Part shown: one piece after another, positions 39,526 through 51,270 of the stretch | Layout of the letters: every line of letters begins with the position of its first letter | Position numbering within the stretch: position 1 is the stretch's first letter | From: Octopus sinensis | Taxonomy: Eukaryota | Direction: 5' to 3' | Assembly: GCF_006345805.1 (NCBI RefSeq) | Contig: NC_043009.1 | Coordinates: forward strand, 1,736,001 to 1,800,000 | DNA length: 64,000 bases | The notes under the pieces: model-generated | What the model saw: only the letters and a program-made list of their open reading frames with translations | Told to the model about the DNA's origin: nothing | Databases searched by the model: none | Program-made: the position numbers and the translations under genes

Positions 39526-41189
39526 TTAAGTTTCTATGTTGATTTCTGTTGCACGTCTGATCCCATCCTCTATGAGTTGAGCTGGGTAATGTCTGTCAAT
39601 TAGGGTGTTTTTGAGTTCTTGCAGTCTAAAGTTCCTGGTATTTTGTTCTGACACTATTGTGCATATCCTTCTTGCAAGGTTGAAGGAGATGTTTGTTTTA
39701 GTGTGTCTTGGGTGGCATGAATTAAAAAGAAGGTATTGTTTGGCGTCTGTGGCTTTGTAAAAAATGTCTGTTTCTATTTTAAGGTTAATTTTTTTAATTA
39801 GTTTATCCAAGAACGGGAGCTCCTTTTGGTTGTATTCCATTGTGAACTGTATATTTGGGTTTATGCTGTTCAATAGGTTTTTAAATTTTTGGAGTTTATC
39901 TATGTTTTCATTCCAGAGAATGAAACAATCGTCTAGGAATCGTTTCCAATTCTCTTTTATGTATTGAGAGAGGGAGTTTCCAAAGATTGATAGAGATTCC
40001 TGGTAAATGATTATTTCCATGTATCCCATTGTTAAGTTCGCAATGACTGGTGCTGCCCTTGTACCCATAGCAATTCCGGATTTTTGACGGTAAAATGTAT
40101 TGTCAAACATGAAGTGGTTATTGTGTAGGATGAATTCAATTGATTTAGTAATGAATTCCTTACTGATCCTTTTTGGTATTTCTTCCGGAAATTGGTCTAA
40201 CCAGAATTGTATTGCCTCCAGTCCATAATTATGAGGTATACTGGTATACAAGTTGACTACATCAAATGAAACCAGGATTGTTTCTTCCTTGGTTTTTTTT
40301 GGAAGGTGGTTTAACATATCTAAGTCATCTCTGATATGGCTATCAATATGTTTAAGGAAGGGTTTCAGGAGGATGTCCATAAGTAGACTTAGTCTGTGTG
40401 TTTCACAGGTTGGGCCAGCTACAATGGGTCGTAGTTTTAGGTCCCCCGGATTAGGTGTGTGTATGTATGTCTTTGGTGATTTTTTAATGGTTTCATTTAT
40501 AATTTGACTTTTATGAATTTTTGACAGACCATAGAAAAGGCTAGGTTTGCATTTAAAGTTTGTTAGGAAATCAATCTCTTTGGTTGTCAGTTCCTTTTCA
40601 TGGGTTTTAATTAGTGAAGATAGAGTTTTCATTATTTTTTGTGGGGTGTAGTTGGTAATTTTTCATAATGTAGGTCTTCATCAAGCAAGGAAATTACAAG
40701 ATTTCTGTAGTATGATGTATCCATTATTACAACTGCATTACCCTTGTCCGCTTCCTTAATGGTTATATCTTCATCATTTTGGAGTTCTATCAGTTCTTTC
40801 CATTGTGTAGTGTTAAAATTTGGGTTAGCTTTCTGTTTATGTATAGTATGGTAGGGGAAGTTCTCAATGTGGTTACAGAATTCGTCAAGATCTTTATTTC
40901 TTCCTCTGTGTGGGATGTGTTCACTTTTGTTCTTGACTAGTGATTCATCTTCAGTATTGAAACTGTTTGATGCTTCTGCTAGTCTTAATTTTCTGCAAAA
41001 TTCTGTTATATTATCCTTGAGTTCATTTAGGTTTGCTCTGCGTGGAGTTGGTGTAAATTTGAGCCCTTTTGCGAGGATGTCAATTTTTATGTTAGAAAGA
41101 GGTTTGCTTGAAAGATTGATTATCTTCGGTTTTTCCTTATTACTAGGTTCCAGCCTGTGTCCTGGTGTCCCTGGTCCCTGGCTAAAAAA
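39526..41189 (-). CDS. PLE reverse transcriptase (pol; 1-nt frameshifts near 40655, 39526 and about 39400)
   Basis: KGLKFTPTP, EADKGNAVVIMD, FYGLSKIHK, LRPIVAG, SFDVVNLYT, GIAMGT, RFLDD, LPFLD, YLLFNSCHP. Confidence 0.93.
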
Positions 41190-42475
41190 TGTTGGGTGTA
41201 ATTTTGTTTGTATGAGTTGTCTGTGAGGTTTTGTGGTATTTGGTCGGGGGAGTGGTGGTATTGTTGCCTCCGATCGTTGTGTGTGTGTGGGAATCTATGG
41301 TTGTTAATGCTTGTGGTGTGTGTAAAATTTCTGTATGGGAAATATTTTTGTTTCGAACTTCTTGTATGTGGGATGTTGCTTGACATAGTGTTTCTTTGCG
41401 TTTGTCTTGTGTTTAGTGGGGACCAGTAGTTTTGGTTCATGGGGTAGTAGTGATTTGTGTGTGGTGTATTTCTTATCCTAGTGTCGTATTGTGCTGTATG
41501 GTGGTTGGGTCTGGTATTAGGATGTTGTTGGTTTGTTCTGTTTTTGGTGTAATTTCTTTCGTAGACGCGTCCTCTGTCAGCTAGTTCCCTGTTAGGTCTA
41601 GCGTGGTTTGCAAAGGTTGGTTGTGGGTGATTTCTGTTTTTAGTGTATGGAGGATAGTTGGGGGTTGTTCGTGGGTTGTTAGGTTTTTCTTTTTTATTTA
41701 TTGTAATTTTCTTAAGGAAGGGATTATTTGTACCCAATTCATTTTTGAAGGTTTCACTATATTTTTGGAAGAAGTCCATGTTTTTCTCCCAGCGTAGGAG
41801 AGAATTTCTCTCTTCTCTCTCACAGGAATCCTTCCAATGATCCAATGTATTATCGAGGGGTTGTCCCTCGGTATGTTTTAGTATTAGATTGTGCATCTCC
41901 TCGTCTATGCTTTTAAGTTTTTCTTCATTTGTGGAGGCCCTGAGTCTTAGAAGCTCTATTTCTGATTTAAAATTGAACAGAGCTGACTTTTCTCTAATAG
42001 ATCTCTGTCCGTCAGGCTCGTTAGGAATTAATTTTATCTGGAATTTGCGTGGGAGGATAATTGGTGTTGAGTTTCTCCATCCCTCGTAGATATCTGCTTT
42101 GTTGGAATTTTTTATCATGTTCCAGAAGGTGAGTTTTTGTTGTGGCGAGGTTTGTATTCCAAACGTTTCCTATTTTTCTTTTTGTTGGGTTGGTTTGGGT
42201 CCGTATGGTGTCCTGCTGTGTTTCATTAGGTGCCTGTGTATTATTTTCGGATTTGTTGATGAAAATGAGTTCAGTGTTGTATATAACAGTTGTAGATCCT
42301 TGCTCACCTGGTCAGTGTAGCGGTTGCATCTTCATTGCTTTTAATTTCCCGGGCGAGTAAGTTTGATTCCTCGATTTTGTTGTTCAGGTTAAGAAGCTGT
42401 GAATTAAAATTTTTCATTTTCTTTGAGTATGTCCTCATTTAAGGTTTTGTCCGAGGTGTTTGACTTCTGTGGCAT
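41120..42475 (-). CDS. PLE ORF1 (predicted coiled-coil/helical N-terminus, N/H/R-rich low-complexity tail; frameshifts upstream of 42118)
   Basis: 332-aa ORF 41120-42118; frame extendable by 1-nt shifts (KRKIGNVWN, LLNLNNKIEE) to an ATG at 42475. Confidence 0.75.
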
Positions 42476-42675
42476 TTTCGTTCTCACGTGTTTAATATAT
42501 AGATAAGAAAGTTTGTTTGGTAAAGCACGTGGGTGATATATAAGAAAATAGTAAAGTGTGAAAAAACGACAGAAGGCTTAAATGTTAAAAAATATATATA
42601 TTTGTGTCAAAATGTCTGGAGAATATTGGAAAAATTTTTTTCCTTTCCTTAAAATGACATAATTTTAAAATTTTA

Positions 42676-42715
42676 AAGAAATTACCGGTTTCGCGTGTAG
42701 CTTTTCAAATTTCTT
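42676..42715 (-). ncRNA. Minimal hammerhead, U3-A8 variant (upstream pLTR)
   Basis: Identical to 38641-38680. Confidence 0.8.
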
Positions 42716-43466
42716 GTGACGTTATGTTATATTGCATGGAGTTATCGTTGTATTTATTTTCAGGAGATTTCTAAATAAGGGGAGGTAGTGAGTGATTTTT
42801 CCGGTGTAAGGGAGATAATCGCTTAAAATTTTTTTCCTTTCCCTGTTCATTTCTCTGTGTCAGTATGTTCGGATGGTTTTTCCCTTCCCTTGTTAATTTC
42901 TCTGTGTCAGTATGTTCGGATGGTTGAGTCTGGGTTTGTACTTTTCAATGAAGAATGTTTCCTTGTTCAGTCTCATTTGTGTTGATGATCCGAAAGCACA
43001 TTGGTAAAATGGGAAGATTAAAAATTGTGGCAGTAGTTGCTTTGCGCATTTCTCAATGTGCTCACTAAAAGGTATCATTCTATATCTGGGAATGCAATCT
43101 GTTGTCGATGCAGTGTGCATCTACGCCTGAGTGATAGTCCCGTGGAACCCACGTAGTCTTGGTGGCAGCCCGAGCATTTAATGACATAAATTATGTTTTC
43201 AGAGGCACAAGTAAAGTTAGATTTGATCTTGAATTTCTGTCCCTCTTTAAAGAAGAATTCTGTTACTGACACAGAGAAATTAACAAGGGAAAGGGAAAAA
43301 CCATCCGAACATACTGACACAGAGAAATGAACAAGGGAAAAGGAAAAAAAAATTTAAGCGATTATCTCCCTTACACCGGAAGAAATCACTCACTACCTCC
43401 CCTTATTTAGAAATCTCCTGAAAATAAATACAACGATAACTCCATGCAATATAAACATAACGTCAC

Positions 43467-43505
43467 AAGAAATTTGAAAAGCTACCGCGAAACCGGTAAT
43501 TTCTT
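43467..43505 (+). ncRNA. Minimal hammerhead, U3-A8 variant (inverted pLTR)
   Basis: Same motif with a 1-nt shorter loop II. Confidence 0.75.
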
Positions 43506-44193
43506 TAAAAATTTTAAAATTATGTCATTTTAAGGAAAGGAAAAAAATTTTTCCAATATTCTCCAGACATTTTGACACAAATATATATATTTTTTAACAT
43601 TTAAGCCTTCTGTCGTTTTTTCACACTTTACTATTTTCTTATATATATATATCTATTCTTTACCTCTCTAGAAAGCCCTTCAGCCTTTAAAAGTTAAATA
43701 GCTACAGCCTCTTGTAAATAGCAGTAATGTGATTAATGTGGCAAATCCCTAATCATATAACAAGAATTGATACCTACCTCATTGTGTTCAACCATTGATA
43801 AATTTATCGCCTGTGAATATGAAATTCCTCTTCATTTCTCTGGAAATTTACATCTACACCATTGGAAATTGTGCATCTATACAAAGGATTAATTCACCCT
43901 TTCTGTAATGCTAATAAGCAGGAATTGAGACCCACCTCGTTGTGATTAACAATGGATAAATTTGTCCTTGTGAGTATGTAATCCCTCATCATATCTGGAA
44001 ATTCATATGTGCTCTAGGGTTAGGTCACCTTCTCTGTGATGCTATTAAAACTTTTTTAAAATTCTGTGATAAGACTGTACATCATCTTAAAGAACTGTAA
44101 TGAACTTTGGAAATCTGTTTATGTTACTTAATTATCTACATTACTTCATGAGTATAGCCTCAACCACTAGGATGTCTAGAGAACTCACATGTA

Positions 44194-44284
44194 TTTTAGC
44201 TGATGAGTACGGGACACGTTTATATGCTGTAATTTTTACAACTTTTAATAAAGCCTGTCCTTGTATGAAACGATTGTACTAAAA
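44194..44284 (+). ncRNA. Type I hammerhead ribozyme with long stem II
   Basis: Stem I UUUUAG/CUAAAA; CUGAUGA; stem II GUAC-GGGACA/UGUCCU-U-GUAU; GAAAC-GAUU-GUA. Confidence 0.75.
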
Positions 44285-44418
44285 ACCTATCCATTCTTGT
44301 TGCTTCTTTCTCGCTTATATATATATATATATATATATAATAAATATTAGGGAATAAATCCAAATTTACAGGGAAAAAAATCAGATTTAGGATTAAATCC
44401 AATTTTATAGTAAAATAT

Positions 44419-44608
44419 TATATAATATTAATTAGAGACAAAACCACTATTTTGCAAAACAAACAAGGAAAGACTTAATCAATACATAAAATTTTAATAA
44501 AAAGTAAAAAAACCGCCGCTACAATTGTTTTTTTACTTTTTATTAAAATTTTATGTATTGATTAAGTCTTTCCTTGTTTGTTTTGCAAAATAGTGGTTTT
44601 GTCTCTAA

Positions 44609-44621
<13 letters not shown>
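44419..44621. repeat. Perfect 95-bp inverted repeat with 13-nt loop
   Basis: Arms 44419-44513 and 44527-44621. Confidence 0.92.
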
Positions 44622-44641
<20 letters not shown>

Positions 44642-45037
44642 CAATATACATATACACATATATAACATATACATATATACATATACATATATACATATAT
44701 ATATACATTACATATATACATATATATATATATATACATACATATATGCATATATATACATATACATATATACATATACATATATACATACATATATACA
44801 TATATATATACATATATATACATACATATATATATACATACATATATATATATATTACATACATATACATACATATATATATATACATACATACATATAT
44901 ATACATACATATAATATACATATAATACAACATATATATATATACATACATATATATATATACATACATATATATATATATATACTACATATATATATAT
45001 ACATACACATATATATATTATACATAGATATACATAC

Positions 45038-45084
<47 letters not shown>

Positions 45085-45270
45085 ATATACATACATACAA
45101 TATATATACATACATATATATATGTGTATATATATATATGTATATATATATATATGTATATATATATGTATATAATGTGTGTATTATATATATGTATGTA
45201 TATATGTATGCATATATTATATATGTATATAAATATATGTATGTGAATATATATATTATATATATATATG

Positions 45271-45302
<32 letters not shown>

Positions 45303-45360
45303 TATGTATGTATATATATATATGTATGTATATATATATCTATGTATATATATATGTATG

Positions 45361-45395
<35 letters not shown>

Positions 45396-45484
45396 ATGTA
45401 TATATGTATATGTATATATGTATATGTATATATGTATATGTATATATGTATATGTATATATGTATATGTATATATGTATATGTA

Positions 45485-45534
<50 letters not shown>

Positions 45535-45597
45535 ATATATATATATATATGTATGTATATATATGTATAATATATATATGTATATATGTAATGTATA

Positions 45598-45636
<39 letters not shown>

Positions 45637-45688
45637 CATACATATATATAATGATATATGTAATATATATATATATATATTTATATAT
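44622..45688. repeat. ~1 kb (TA)n/(TACA)n microsatellite
   Basis: Direct reading. Confidence 0.95.
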
Positions 45689-46270
45689 GAGGATAATATC
45701 GATATTTAAGTGTCGAAATTATCAAGTGGCCAGCATGAAAGAAATACCTTACAAAGTAAAAAAAATTTTAACAATTAAAAATGAGGGTGTCTAAAAGACA
45801 CCAACATGCCGAAATAGCAGTCGAAACACTGACTATAGTACCACGTAAATGTTCATATCGCACCATGAGGTAAAGCGGAGGGACAAAACATACAAGCAAA
45901 AATTATTGAATAATTCAAGATCCAAGGATTCTGGTTCTGCTTTAGATAAGCTTACCGTCATCAATTGAATATATCAAGGGTACATAAATACAGATATATA
46001 TATATATGCACAGCAAACGATATACTTACATATACGAGCGCCGCACATACATACATATGCACGTATGGACACAGCCAGTCTGAATCGCCCGCCAAATCAC
46101 GCGCATAAGTACGATATGGTTAAAATAAGCACCGCAGTGAATATAATAACGAATTATATAAATTATATATGAGGATAATATCGATATTTAAGTGTCGAAA
46201 TTATCAAGTGGCCAGCATGAAGGAAATACCTTACAAAGGCAAAAAGATTTTTTAACAATTAAAAATGAGG

Positions 46271-46274
<4 letters not shown>
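45689..46274 (-). mobile_element. Retrozyme-like partial tandem (482-nt period) flanked by (TA)n, degenerate hammerhead at 45914-45969
   Basis: Direct repeats 45689-45790 and 46171-46274; minus strand UUCAA-UUGAUGA-CGGU...ACC-AGAAUCCUUGGAUC-UUGAA. Confidence 0.6.
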
Positions 46275-46321
<47 letters not shown>

Positions 46322-46339
46322 ATATATATACATATACAT

Positions 46340-46959
46340 ACATATATATACATATATATAGGTAACGAAAACTCCCTTCGGTCATGAATGACCGTGGGTT
46401 GCACCTAGAAAGTCTAAGGCCTGTACAGCTTGGCATCAGTGACGCCACAACTCATTTCTGCAGCTCAGTGAAGTGGTCGTCCGTAACGTGAAATAAAGTG
46501 TCCTGTTCAAGAACACAGCACAGTCCGGTCCGGGGAATCGAACTCACAACTTCATGATTGTGTGCCCAACGCTCTAACCACTGATCCATGCGCCTTCACT
46601 AAATATGTGTCTCCGTCTGTCTGTCTATCTAATATGATATGACATGATGTTATGCATAGGCAGGCAGGCATGGGTATGTTGTTCAGAAGTTCTCTTTGTA
46701 AACACCCAGTTCGGTCCCACAGCGTGACATTTCAAGCAAATTGTTTCTGCCACCGTCTCAGCATTACCAAACCAGTTGCGTCTTGTGAGTGCTATCAGAG
46801 AACAGAAACTGCGCAGAAGCTTGTCGAGTATGCGTGATTTTGTATGTGTGTGTATGTGAGTGCGTCTGCGAGCGTGTGTGTGTGGTGTGGTGGTGGTGAT
46901 TGTGTGTGTATGTGTGTAGTGTGTGGTGGTGGTCTATGTGTACATATATATTATTTATA

Positions 46960-47017
<58 letters not shown>

Positions 47018-47640
47018 CATATACATACATATATATACATATATAGGTAACGAAAACTCCCTTCGGTCATGAATGACCGTGGGTTTGCACCTAGAAAGTC
47101 TAAGGCCTGTACAGCTTGGCATCAGTGACGCCACAACTCATTTCTGCAGCTCAGTGAAGTGGCGTAACGTGAAATAAAGTGTCCTGTTCAAGAACACAGC
47201 ACAGTCCGGTCCGGGGAATCGAACTCACAACTTCATGATTGTGTGCCCAACGCTCTAACCACTGATCCATGCGCCTTCACTAAATATGTGTCTCCGTCTG
47301 TCTGTCTATCTAATATGATATGACATGATGTTATGCATAGGCAGGCAGGCATGGGTATGTTGTTCAGAAGTTCTCTTTGTAAACACCCAGTTCGGTCCCA
47401 CAGCGTGACATTTCAAGCAAATTGTTTCTGCCACCGTCTCAGCATTACCAAACCAGTTGCGTCTTGTGAGTGCTATCAGAGAACAGAAACTGCGCAGAAG
47501 CTTGTCGAGTATGCGTGATTTTGTATGTGTGTGTATGTGAGTGCGTCTGCGAGCGTGTGTGTGTGGTGTGGTGGTGGTGATTGTGTGTGTATGTGTGTAG
47601 TGTGTGGTGGTGGTCTATGTGTACATATATATTATTTATA

Positions 47641-47688
<48 letters not shown>

Positions 47689-47700
47689 ATATATATATAA
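46340..47700. repeat. Near-identical 685-bp tandem duplication containing SINE fragments
   Basis: GGTAACGAAAACTCCC at 46361 and 47046; only small indel differences. Confidence 0.9.
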
Positions 47701-47715
47701 TATATATATATATAT

Positions 47716-47746
<31 letters not shown>

Positions 47747-47939
47747 CAATAAGAAAATGGAGGGGATCAATAGGCGGTTCATCAACTTTTAGACATTATA
47801 TTATGTCAACTTAATTATATTTACTAAACTGACAATTACAAGAATATACATACACGTATAACAAATTATGCTTTAATATATTAATATATTAAGATACCAG
47901 TAATTATTAAAATATAACATACAGGTATATAAAATGGGA

Positions 47940-48070
47940 AAATATCTTACAGCTGTTTCAGCCAAGAGGCAAAAATACCTCATTCTACTTGTATCCCTTC
48001 AGTGGACTGAAGTAATTAGTAGATGAAATTGAGGTACTTGGGTGATTCTCTAGGCTTCGTCAGAGATTTT
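47940..48070 (-). ncRNA. Type I hammerhead ribozyme with ~100-nt stem II insertion
   Basis: AAAAUCU-CUGACGA-AGCC...GGCU-GAA-ACAGCUGU-A-AGAUAUUU; the insert folds (UACCUCA/UGAGGUA, UUCAGU/ACUGAA). Confidence 0.75.
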
Positions 48071-48589
48071 ATAAAGTACATAAGGTTAAGTTATAAATAA
48101 ATATAAATATAAAATAAATAAACACACACACATTTACATACTTATACATATGCATATACATACATATCTAGATTACAAAATTACTCTTCTTATAACTTTC
48201 TCATACCTCTGTTTATATTTTATCTAATATAAATAATATAACGCATCTAATATTATTAATAGTAATTGATTATTGTGTATGCTTATAAATGTAAATATGT
48301 ATGTACATTTAGGTGTATATATGTGTACGTATTTCTCTCTCCCTTCTTCTCTCACTCATTTACTCACTCCCCCCTCTCTCCCTCCCCTTCCCATTTCCCT
48401 TCTCCATCTCCCCCCTCATCTCCTCTCCTTCTCGCTCATCCCCCTCCCATCTCCCCTCCCATCTCTCCGCTTTCACCCCTCCCCATCCCTCATCTCCTCT
48501 CCTTCTCGCTCATCCCCCTCCCATTTCCTTTCCCATCTCTCCTCTCTCACCCCTTCCCCTCCCCCACCCTCTTTCTCTCTGTTGAGAGA

Positions 48590-48850
48590 CTGACCTGCAA
48601 TACCCCGCGGCCCACGTCAACGAGCTCCCGCCCCCTATTAGCCACTCGTTGCCTCGAGATAACTCCCTCAGCTCTGCACGTTTCATCCTCTTCCGTTCGT
48701 CAGCCTCTTCAATACAGTCCTTCCAGGGAACGGAGACGTCTCCCAGAACCACCGGTTTGAACGTCTCCGAAAATATCACCGCGTATTAGCGGCTGAGTAT
48801 TCCAAAGACGTCTGTATCTTCATGCCGAATGAGTGAGAAAGAAGGGAGAA
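48590..48850. promoter_or_regulatory. CpG-rich promoter- or first-exon-like segment
   Basis: Dense CpG, GC box CCCGCCCC, CCACGTCA (ATF/CREB-like), possible donor GTGAGA near 48833. Confidence 0.35.
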
Positions 48851-48956
48851 GGATAATAGATATTTGAACTGAACTGGTTCAGGCTCCCCATCTGCAGCCT
48901 AAAAGAAGAATTCACCGTGACTCCCGCGCTGGGGAAGTGCCACAAAACCGTCACTT

Positions 48957-49182
48957 ATTATTTCTTTATTGCCCACAAGGGGCTAACCATAGAGGGGACA
49001 AACAAGGACAGACAAAGGGATTAAGTCTACCCCAGTGCGTAACTGGTACTTAATTTATCGACTCCGAAAGGATGAAAGGCAAAATAAAACCTCGGTGGAA
49101 TTTGATCTCCGAACGTAAAGACAGACGAAATACCGCTAAGCATTTCGCCCGGCGTGCTAACGTTTCTGCCAGCTCGCCGCTT
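48957..49182 (-). mobile_element. SINE (AGGCGGCGAGCTGGCAG family)
   Basis: Family-diagnostic blocks. Confidence 0.85.
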
Positions 49183-49484
49183 CCACCGTGGCCTCTTAGA
49201 CTGGTATTGAGGAAATGACAGGACAAAAATAGAGAGGAGCGACGGTTGTTGAGGCGGTAGAGTCGCGGCTCTGACATAGGGTGATGTTGAGATCTTTAAT
49301 GGTTGGTGTTGGCTCAGGATCTTTGTGGCTTGAATTGCTATCTCCAATTTTGTTCCATTTGTTTTCTAATTTGATATATGGATTAAGTCTTGTATATTAA
49401 TTATGAAAATGAAAATCATTTTCCCTAATAAAGTTATAATTAAAAAATTATTAGCCTTTTGCAAAAGTTTGCAAAATTTGGGTA

Positions 49485-49675
49485 TTTCAGCCAATCAAAA
49501 GCGAGTATTTTACACATCACCGTGAAAATTGTGTGAGCATTGTACGCAAAGGACACTGTTTCCATAGTAACCAAGAAGTGTAACCACCACCTGTTCCGTA
49601 CGTTTTGCAAAATACTGTTTTCATAGCAAACAAAGATACTGCGCATGCGCACAGGGAGTGTAACCACCACGTGTT
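49485..49675. promoter_or_regulatory. Promoter-like motif cluster: CCAAT, X-box x2, NRF1
   Basis: AGCCAATCA near 49490; GTTTCCATAGTAAC 49558-49571; GTTTTCATAGCAAAC 49617-49631; TGCGCATGCGCA near 49640; AGTGTAACCACCAC twice. Confidence 0.45.
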
Positions 49676-50504
49676 CTACAATTGCTTGCTTTCATGATTA
49701 GCTTTTAAATATCTAATTTGCTCGCGTATTTCCTAATGGTTTGACATGTCGGCGCCCCCACCTTCTTAAGGATTTCAACATGCAGGGACTCAAACCGTAA
49801 AGATCCATTGGCTTGTACTTCCTAGAAAAGCTGGTCTGGGTAGCAGCAAAGAACTACGTCATGGCAAGGTGCACTGAAAGAACAGGAGACGGATGTTTTT
49901 GGTTTGGTGGCCACTTTTCAATTTCTTTTCATTCGAAATGAGGTGCGATTGTAGATTGCGTACGTACGATTTGAACTCAGAGTGTAGAGAACCGGAACAA
50001 ATAGAGCAAGACATTTTCACCTAACCCTCTGACGACTTTGCATATTAATTCGCCGTCTTTGTTTAGAATTTATATGCACGCTTTCATTATGTACAAACAC
50101 GTTAGTGCGCTTCGGGGTTTGTACACATGCGTACATCTGTACTACATGCATGCGTTCCTGTGCGTGTATATATGTGTGTGTGTGTGAGAGAGAGAAAGAG
50201 AGAGTCAGGGAAAGAGAGAGAGAGAGAGAGAGAGTGAGGGGAAGAGAGAGAGAGAGTGAGTGAGTCAGTGTGTGTGTGTGTATGTACGTGTTAAAAAGTT
50301 CGCCTTGCTAATGAATAAAATACTTTGTATAAACAATGCAAAAGCTTGAAGAATGATAACTCGTAATGGAGTAAGTCAAAGTTATTTCCCTTGAAAATAA
50401 TTCAGCAACGGACGTTATTAGGCGTCCGAGGGAAACGGGGAATGTTGCACAGATTTTGAATAAACGTAATTAAAAGCTGCTACGTCGTTTATCTTTTATT
50501 TGTT

Positions 50505-50870
50505 TGAGTCTTTAGTCTGCAGCCATGCTGGGGCACTGCCTTGAGGAATTTTTAGTCGAATGAATCAAACCCTGTACTTATTTCTTTTAAAGCCTGGCAC
50601 TAATTCTGTCACTTTTACCGAAATGCTAGTTTACGAGGGACGTAAACATCGGTGAAGCAACTGTGGACACACACACACAAGCACGAAGGCACGCATGCAC
50701 GAACACGCGCGCACACACACACACACACGACGGGCTTCTTTCAGTTTCCGTCTACTAAATCTACTCACAAGTCTGAGGCTGTAGTGGAAGATACTTTTCC
50801 AAGGTGTAAAGTAGTGGGACTGACCCAGAACCTTGTGGTTGGGAAGCAAGCTTCTTGCTATACAGTCAAG
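50505..50870 (-). mobile_element. CORE-like SINE
   Basis: Family-diagnostic blocks. Confidence 0.75.
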
Positions 50871-50907
50871 CCTGAGCCTACACTGGAAATATTGAACACA
50901 TGGAAGC

Positions 50908-51270
50908 GCAATGGGCCGGTGGTTAGGGCAGCGAACTCGCGGTTTCGATTCCCAGACCGGGCGCTGTGAGTGCTTATTGAGGAAAAAACTCCTAAAAGCT
51001 TCATGAGGCACCGACAGGGGTTAGTGGAGAACCCTGCTGTACTCTTTCACCACAACTTTCTCTCACTCTTACTTCCTGTTTCTGTTGTACCTGTATTTCA
51101 AAGGGCCGGCCTTGTCACACTCTGTGTCACGCTGAATCTCCCCGAGAACTACGTTAAGGGTACATGTGTCTGTGGAGTGCTCAGCCACTTGCACGTTAAT
51201 TTCACGAGCAGGCTGTTCCGTTGATCGGATCAACCGGAACCCTCGTCGTCGTAACCGACGGAGTGCCACG
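50908..51270 (+). mobile_element. tRNA SINE (GTAACCGACGGAGTGCC-tail family)
   Basis: Homologous to 12913-13212. Confidence 0.8.

Larger units (their letters stand above)
38462..43645 (-). mobile_element. Penelope-like retroelement (Neptune-type), near full length, with direct and inverted pseudo-LTRs, in (TA)n
   Basis: ORF1, RT and GIY-YIG present; 38462-39234 repeated directly at 42500-43262; inverted pLTR at 43263-43645; copies differ mainly by 1-nt indels. Confidence 0.95.
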
